The position numbers were made by a program, and so were the translations under genes. A DNA stretch of 36,787 bases from a virus (taxonomy: Duplodnaviria; Caudoviricetes): IMG/VR virus record IMGVR_UViG_3300010366_000008, positions 1 through 36,787 of that record. The stretch is one strand, 5' to 3'. Within the stretch, counting starts at the first letter, position 1, and each line of letters opens with the position of its first letter. Shown piece by piece: positions 33,658 through 36,787 of the stretch. The notes below the pieces were generated by a model, which did no database searches, had not been told where the DNA came from, and saw nothing but the letters and a program-made list of their open reading frames with translations.

Positions 33658-34098
33658 ATGGCGGAACCCCGATATAGTCAGGCACTTCAGCAATTCATCC
33701 ACGATTGGCGCCCCAACGATCCGGAGTTGGATAAGCGGTTTCTGGCGGATATCAAGGAACTGCTAGCGGCCATCCTGAAACCGCCGGCCAGTGTTTTCGA
33801 GGTGAACACGATCCTTTCGTCGGTCGGAGGAGGAAAAGTCGTCTTGAGGCTGGGAGAGTATGAGGCGCAGATGGATCCTTTGGACGCGCAACACCTCGCG
33901 CTATCGCTCATGGAAGGCGCCTCCGCCGCACGTCTCGAATCGATGCTCTCGCAATTTTTCATGGAAAAGCTGGGCGCGTCCCAAGAACATCTAGGGCTCG
34001 TCCTCGCCCACTTCCGCCACTATCGGATCGAAGAGATGCAGAAGGAACTGGATGGGGAGTTTGCCAAAAGAGGTGTGATTCCTCCGGAGATGCCATGA
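33658..34098 (+). CDS. Hypothetical 146-aa protein
   Basis: ORF follows repeat copy 2 and ends before the terminator. Confidence 0.7.
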   Translation: MAEPRYSQALQQFIHDWRPNDPELDKRFLADIKELLAAILKPPASVFEVNTILSSVGGGKVVLRLGEYEAQMDPLDAQHLALSLMEGASAARLESMLSQFFMEKLGASQEHLGLVLAHFRHYRIEEMQKELDGEFAKRGVIPPEMP

Positions 34099-34107
34099 AA
34101 CCTTAAT

Positions 34108-34149
34108 AGAAAAGGCCGGTCGCACCTCCCCGGTGGCCGGCCCTTTTCT
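34108..34149. terminator. Bidirectional intrinsic terminator
   Basis: AGAAAAGGCCGG...CCGGCCCTTTTCT hairpin between convergent genes. Confidence 0.75.
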
Positions 34150-34200
34150 GAGTCCTTTAGGTCGGATCTTATCTGCAGTGATTCTACCAGCGTCGGGGGA

Positions 34201-36609
34201 TTACTCGCTTCCGGTCTTGGGGCGGCGCCGGGCGCGGGGTTTGGCTTCCTCGGCCGGCGTGCCTTTCGCCCGCTGCTTAAGTTCCTCGAACGCCTGCTCC
34301 GCAGCCGCCTTGGTCATTTCGCCTTTGACCGCGATCGCTTCCGGACTGCCTTCGGACTGACGCATCAGTTCGAGGATCCGCGGCAGCGAGGATTGCGGTG
34401 GATTGCGTTCTTTGGTCTGGAGGAGCCCGTCCGCGATCAGGTCGTGCATCACGTTCGCCCAGCCCGGCTTTTCGCCCGATGCGATCGCCTCGTTGGAAAC
34501 CCATCCCGGCTCGAGCCCGGCGACGGTCTCCGCGTTCAGTCCATACTTGCTCAACGCCGCGGCGTAGCGCTGCGCTTTCATCTCGACATTCTGGGCCTTG
34601 ATGACGGCGCCGGGAGTTTTCCCGGGCACGGGCTCCGGGGTCCACTTGGGCGACATCAGCTCGCCGAGCGTCTGGGGCGGCGCCGGCGCTTCGGGCAGCG
34701 TGCCGGACCGGCGCATCTCGTCGGCCAGCGCTTCGGCGACGGTCTGGCCTTCGGGGATCTCGACCGTACGGGCCGCTCGGGCCGGGGCAACGGCCGCCTC
34801 GGCCTGCGCGGGCGGCAGTTGGCTCACTTCCGGCGGGATGGGAGCGGCCGCACTGGCGACGTTGGAACGGACCTGAGCGATCTCCTGGGGTGTCGGCGAT
34901 TCGACGCCGGCGGCTTCGCCGACCATGCCCCACTCATGGGGGTTGAAATCCGCCAGATGCCGCGGCGGAATGTTCTGCCTGACGAAATCGGTTAACGCGC
35001 TGACGCGCGCTGCGTTGACAGGTGGCGCTTCCGGGGCGACAGGTGCCGGGGCCGGCGGCGCCTGGCTCAGCACGGCCTGGGCTTCGGCCTTCTCGGTTTC
35101 GCTCAGCTTCGACGGCGGCCGCCCGCCGCTCAGATCCTGCGCCAGCTCGGTCGTCGTCATGGGCGGCGCCGGCGGCTGTTGCAGGTTGCGCAGGTCCTCA
35201 AGCGTCATCGGCGGCGTGCCTGCGGCCGGCGGCGTGTACGTCACCTGCGCGGGCTGCTGCGCGACGTTCTCGTGCGCCTGAGCGAGGTGTTCGTACATCG
35301 TCTGGTCCTGCGGGCGCAGAGAAGACCAATCGACGCCTTGCGACTCCGCGTAGACCTGACCCGGAGTACGCGCTACGGATGGTGCCGCTGGTGGTGGGGA
35401 TGTCCCAGGAGCTGTAGCACCCGCCGCCGCAGCCTCCCCCGCAGGCGCATCATACGCTGCCGTCCCTGCCTGCCATCCCTCCTTGAGAATCTCACCGGCT
35501 TTTTTAGCAGCCCCGTATTTGGCGGTGGAAAGCATGCCGTGCGGACCGCCCAGCACGCCCGAAGGCGCTTTCTCGATGCCGGCCTGAACAACTTCGCGGT
35601 AGCGCCGGCCGAGTGCCTCGACCGCTCCCCGGACACCCGCCTGCATGCGTGTTCCGGCGGCGCCTGCTTCCGCTTCCGGCAGGATATCGGCAATGGCAGC
35701 CGCGTGTTGGGTGATCCCACTGGCCTCGAGGAAATCCTGCGCGGCTTTCGCCCCCAGACCGGCACCGGAGAAGACCATCGCCACGTCGCCGGCCATGCCG
35801 ACGGGATCGTCGTACCAGGCGTTTTTAAACCCTTCGAGCGAACCGTAGCGCTGTTTGTATAGATTGACGATGCCATCGACTACCTGCTGATGTGACTGCC
35901 CCATAACCGGCGCGAAGCCGCTTTTTTCGCTCATTCCCTGTAGCAGGTTGGTCACGTTTTCGAGCGTCCCGGCAGGATCCGTCAAGGGCTCGAGGATGCG
36001 ACCCAGACCTGTAGTCGCATTGTCCAGAAAGCCCTTGAAGGTCTTCTCCGGCGCCGGCGGTTTCGCGGACGGCGGTTCCGAGAGCGGCGGCAGGATCTCG
36101 ACAGAAGCTTGCGGCCCCGCCTGGGGCGCTGTCTGATCCACGGGAATCAGCCCGAGATCGGCGTATGGTTGTGTTGCCGGCGCTTCCCGGTTCGCTGAAC
36201 CCAGTTTTTTCGTGCCTAGCGCGACGTAGTTCTGCGTCTCCTGATACGGAGGTACGCCACCATAACGATCGACCGCGCCCGGGCCGGCATTATAGGCGGC
36301 GAGCACCAGGCGGGGATCGCCGTTATAGCGATCGCTCAGTTGGGCCAGATACTTGACACCGCCATCGATATTCTGCGCCGCATCGAGAGAATCGGTAACC
36401 CCCAGGCCGCGGGCGGTCGCCGGCATCAACTGCATCACCCCTTGCGCACCGGCGCCGGATACGGCGCGCGGGTTGTAGTTGGATTCCATCTGAGCGACGA
36501 CGTGCGCCAGGTTGCGGTCTACGCCGTAGCGCTCGGCGGCAGCGTCGATCATTCCCGGAATCGGGTTATCCGCCGGGATCAACCCGAGACCGGCATACGG
36601 ATTCGGCAT
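34201..36609 (-). CDS. Internal virion/ejection protein with N-terminal lytic transglycosylase (SLT) domain
   Basis: QMESNYNPRAVS.AGAQGVMQLMPATA, NIDGGVKYL, LAAYNAGPG, PPYQETQNYV; long Ala/Pro-rich remainder. Confidence 0.88.
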   Translation of the reverse strand: MPNPYAGLGLIPADNPIPGMIDAAAERYGVDRNLAHVVAQMESNYNPRAVSGAGAQGVMQLMPATARGLGVTDSLDAAQNIDGGVKYLAQLSDRYNGDPRLVLAAYNAGPGAVDRYGGVPPYQETQNYVALGTKKLGSANREAPATQPYADLGLIPVDQTAPQAGPQASVEILPPLSEPPSAKPPAPEKTFKGFLDNATTGLGRILEPLTDPAGTLENVTNLLQGMSEKSGFAPVMGQSHQQVVDGIVNLYKQRYGSLEGFKNAWYDDPVGMAGDVAMVFSGAGLGAKAAQDFLEASGITQHAAAIADILPEAEAGAAGTRMQAGVRGAVEALGRRYREVVQAGIEKAPSGVLGGPHGMLSTAKYGAAKKAGEILKEGWQAGTAAYDAPAGEAAAAGATAPGTSPPPAAPSVARTPGQVYAESQGVDWSSLRPQDQTMYEHLAQAHENVAQQPAQVTYTPPAAGTPPMTLEDLRNLQQPPAPPMTTTELAQDLSGGRPPSKLSETEKAEAQAVLSQAPPAPAPVAPEAPPVNAARVSALTDFVRQNIPPRHLADFNPHEWGMVGEAAGVESPTPQEIAQVRSNVASAAAPIPPEVSQLPPAQAEAAVAPARAARTVEIPEGQTVAEALADEMRRSGTLPEAPAPPQTLGELMSPKWTPEPVPGKTPGAVIKAQNVEMKAQRYAAALSKYGLNAETVAGLEPGWVSNEAIASGEKPGWANVMHDLIADGLLQTKERNPPQSSLPRILELMRQSEGSPEAIAVKGEMTKAAAEQAFEELKQRAKGTPAEEAKPRARRRPKTGSE

Positions 36610-36612
36610 CTC

Positions 36613-36787
36613 TTACTTTCTGGTGAATCCCTGTGTCTGGGCTTGCGGCCATTTATCGGCATCCATCCAGTAATCCTTACCTTCCGGCGACGTGACCATA
36701 ATCTTGCCGGTAGGAGCGAGTTTGAACGGGCCGGTCACGCGCGGCCCGGCGGTGCCGGTTTTTTCGATGGTCTGGACTGGCGGTTTC
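36613..36787 (-). CDS. 3' end of the origin-spanning ejection gene that starts at 1862
   Basis: ...GKDYWMDADKWPQAQTQGFTRK* with TAA at 36613-36615, 3 nt before the next ATG. Confidence 0.8.
   Translation of the reverse strand, partial: KPPVQTIEKTGTAGPRVTGPFKLAPTGKIMVTSPEGKDYWMDADKWPQAQTQGFTRK
36665..36787. repeat. Terminal direct repeat, copy 2
   Basis: Identical to 1-123. Confidence 0.97.

Overview
The window appears to be a complete circular temperate phage genome of about 36,664 bp; bases 1-123 are repeated at 36665-36787. The - strand carries a P22-like podovirus virion module: small and large terminase, portal, scaffold, coat, two gp4-like adaptors, beta-helix tailspike, gp10-like hub, repeat tail fibre, gp14-like GNAT and three ejection proteins. 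One ejection gene spans the origin and is missing from the ORF track. The + strand carries an early module: RHH and XRE regulators, Bet-like recombinase, Gp157, excisionase, VRR-NUC, a DnaB-N/DUF3987 helicase and a palindromic origin-like region. A tyrosine integrase lies on the - strand. An Acidobacteriota-like host is an inference. The standout locus is 24084-25439: a lone RAMP/Cas7-like gene, a non-coding array of 14 GGY-NN pentamers, an unknown 164-aa gene, and a second array of 11 GGC-NN pentamers. Both arrays end in the same 24-nt hairpin tail, and no other cas genes or CRISPR array are visible. It looks like a phage-encoded RNA-guided system whose specificity is written in non-contiguous dinucleotides. 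All protein calls are by-eye motif recognition, not database hits.
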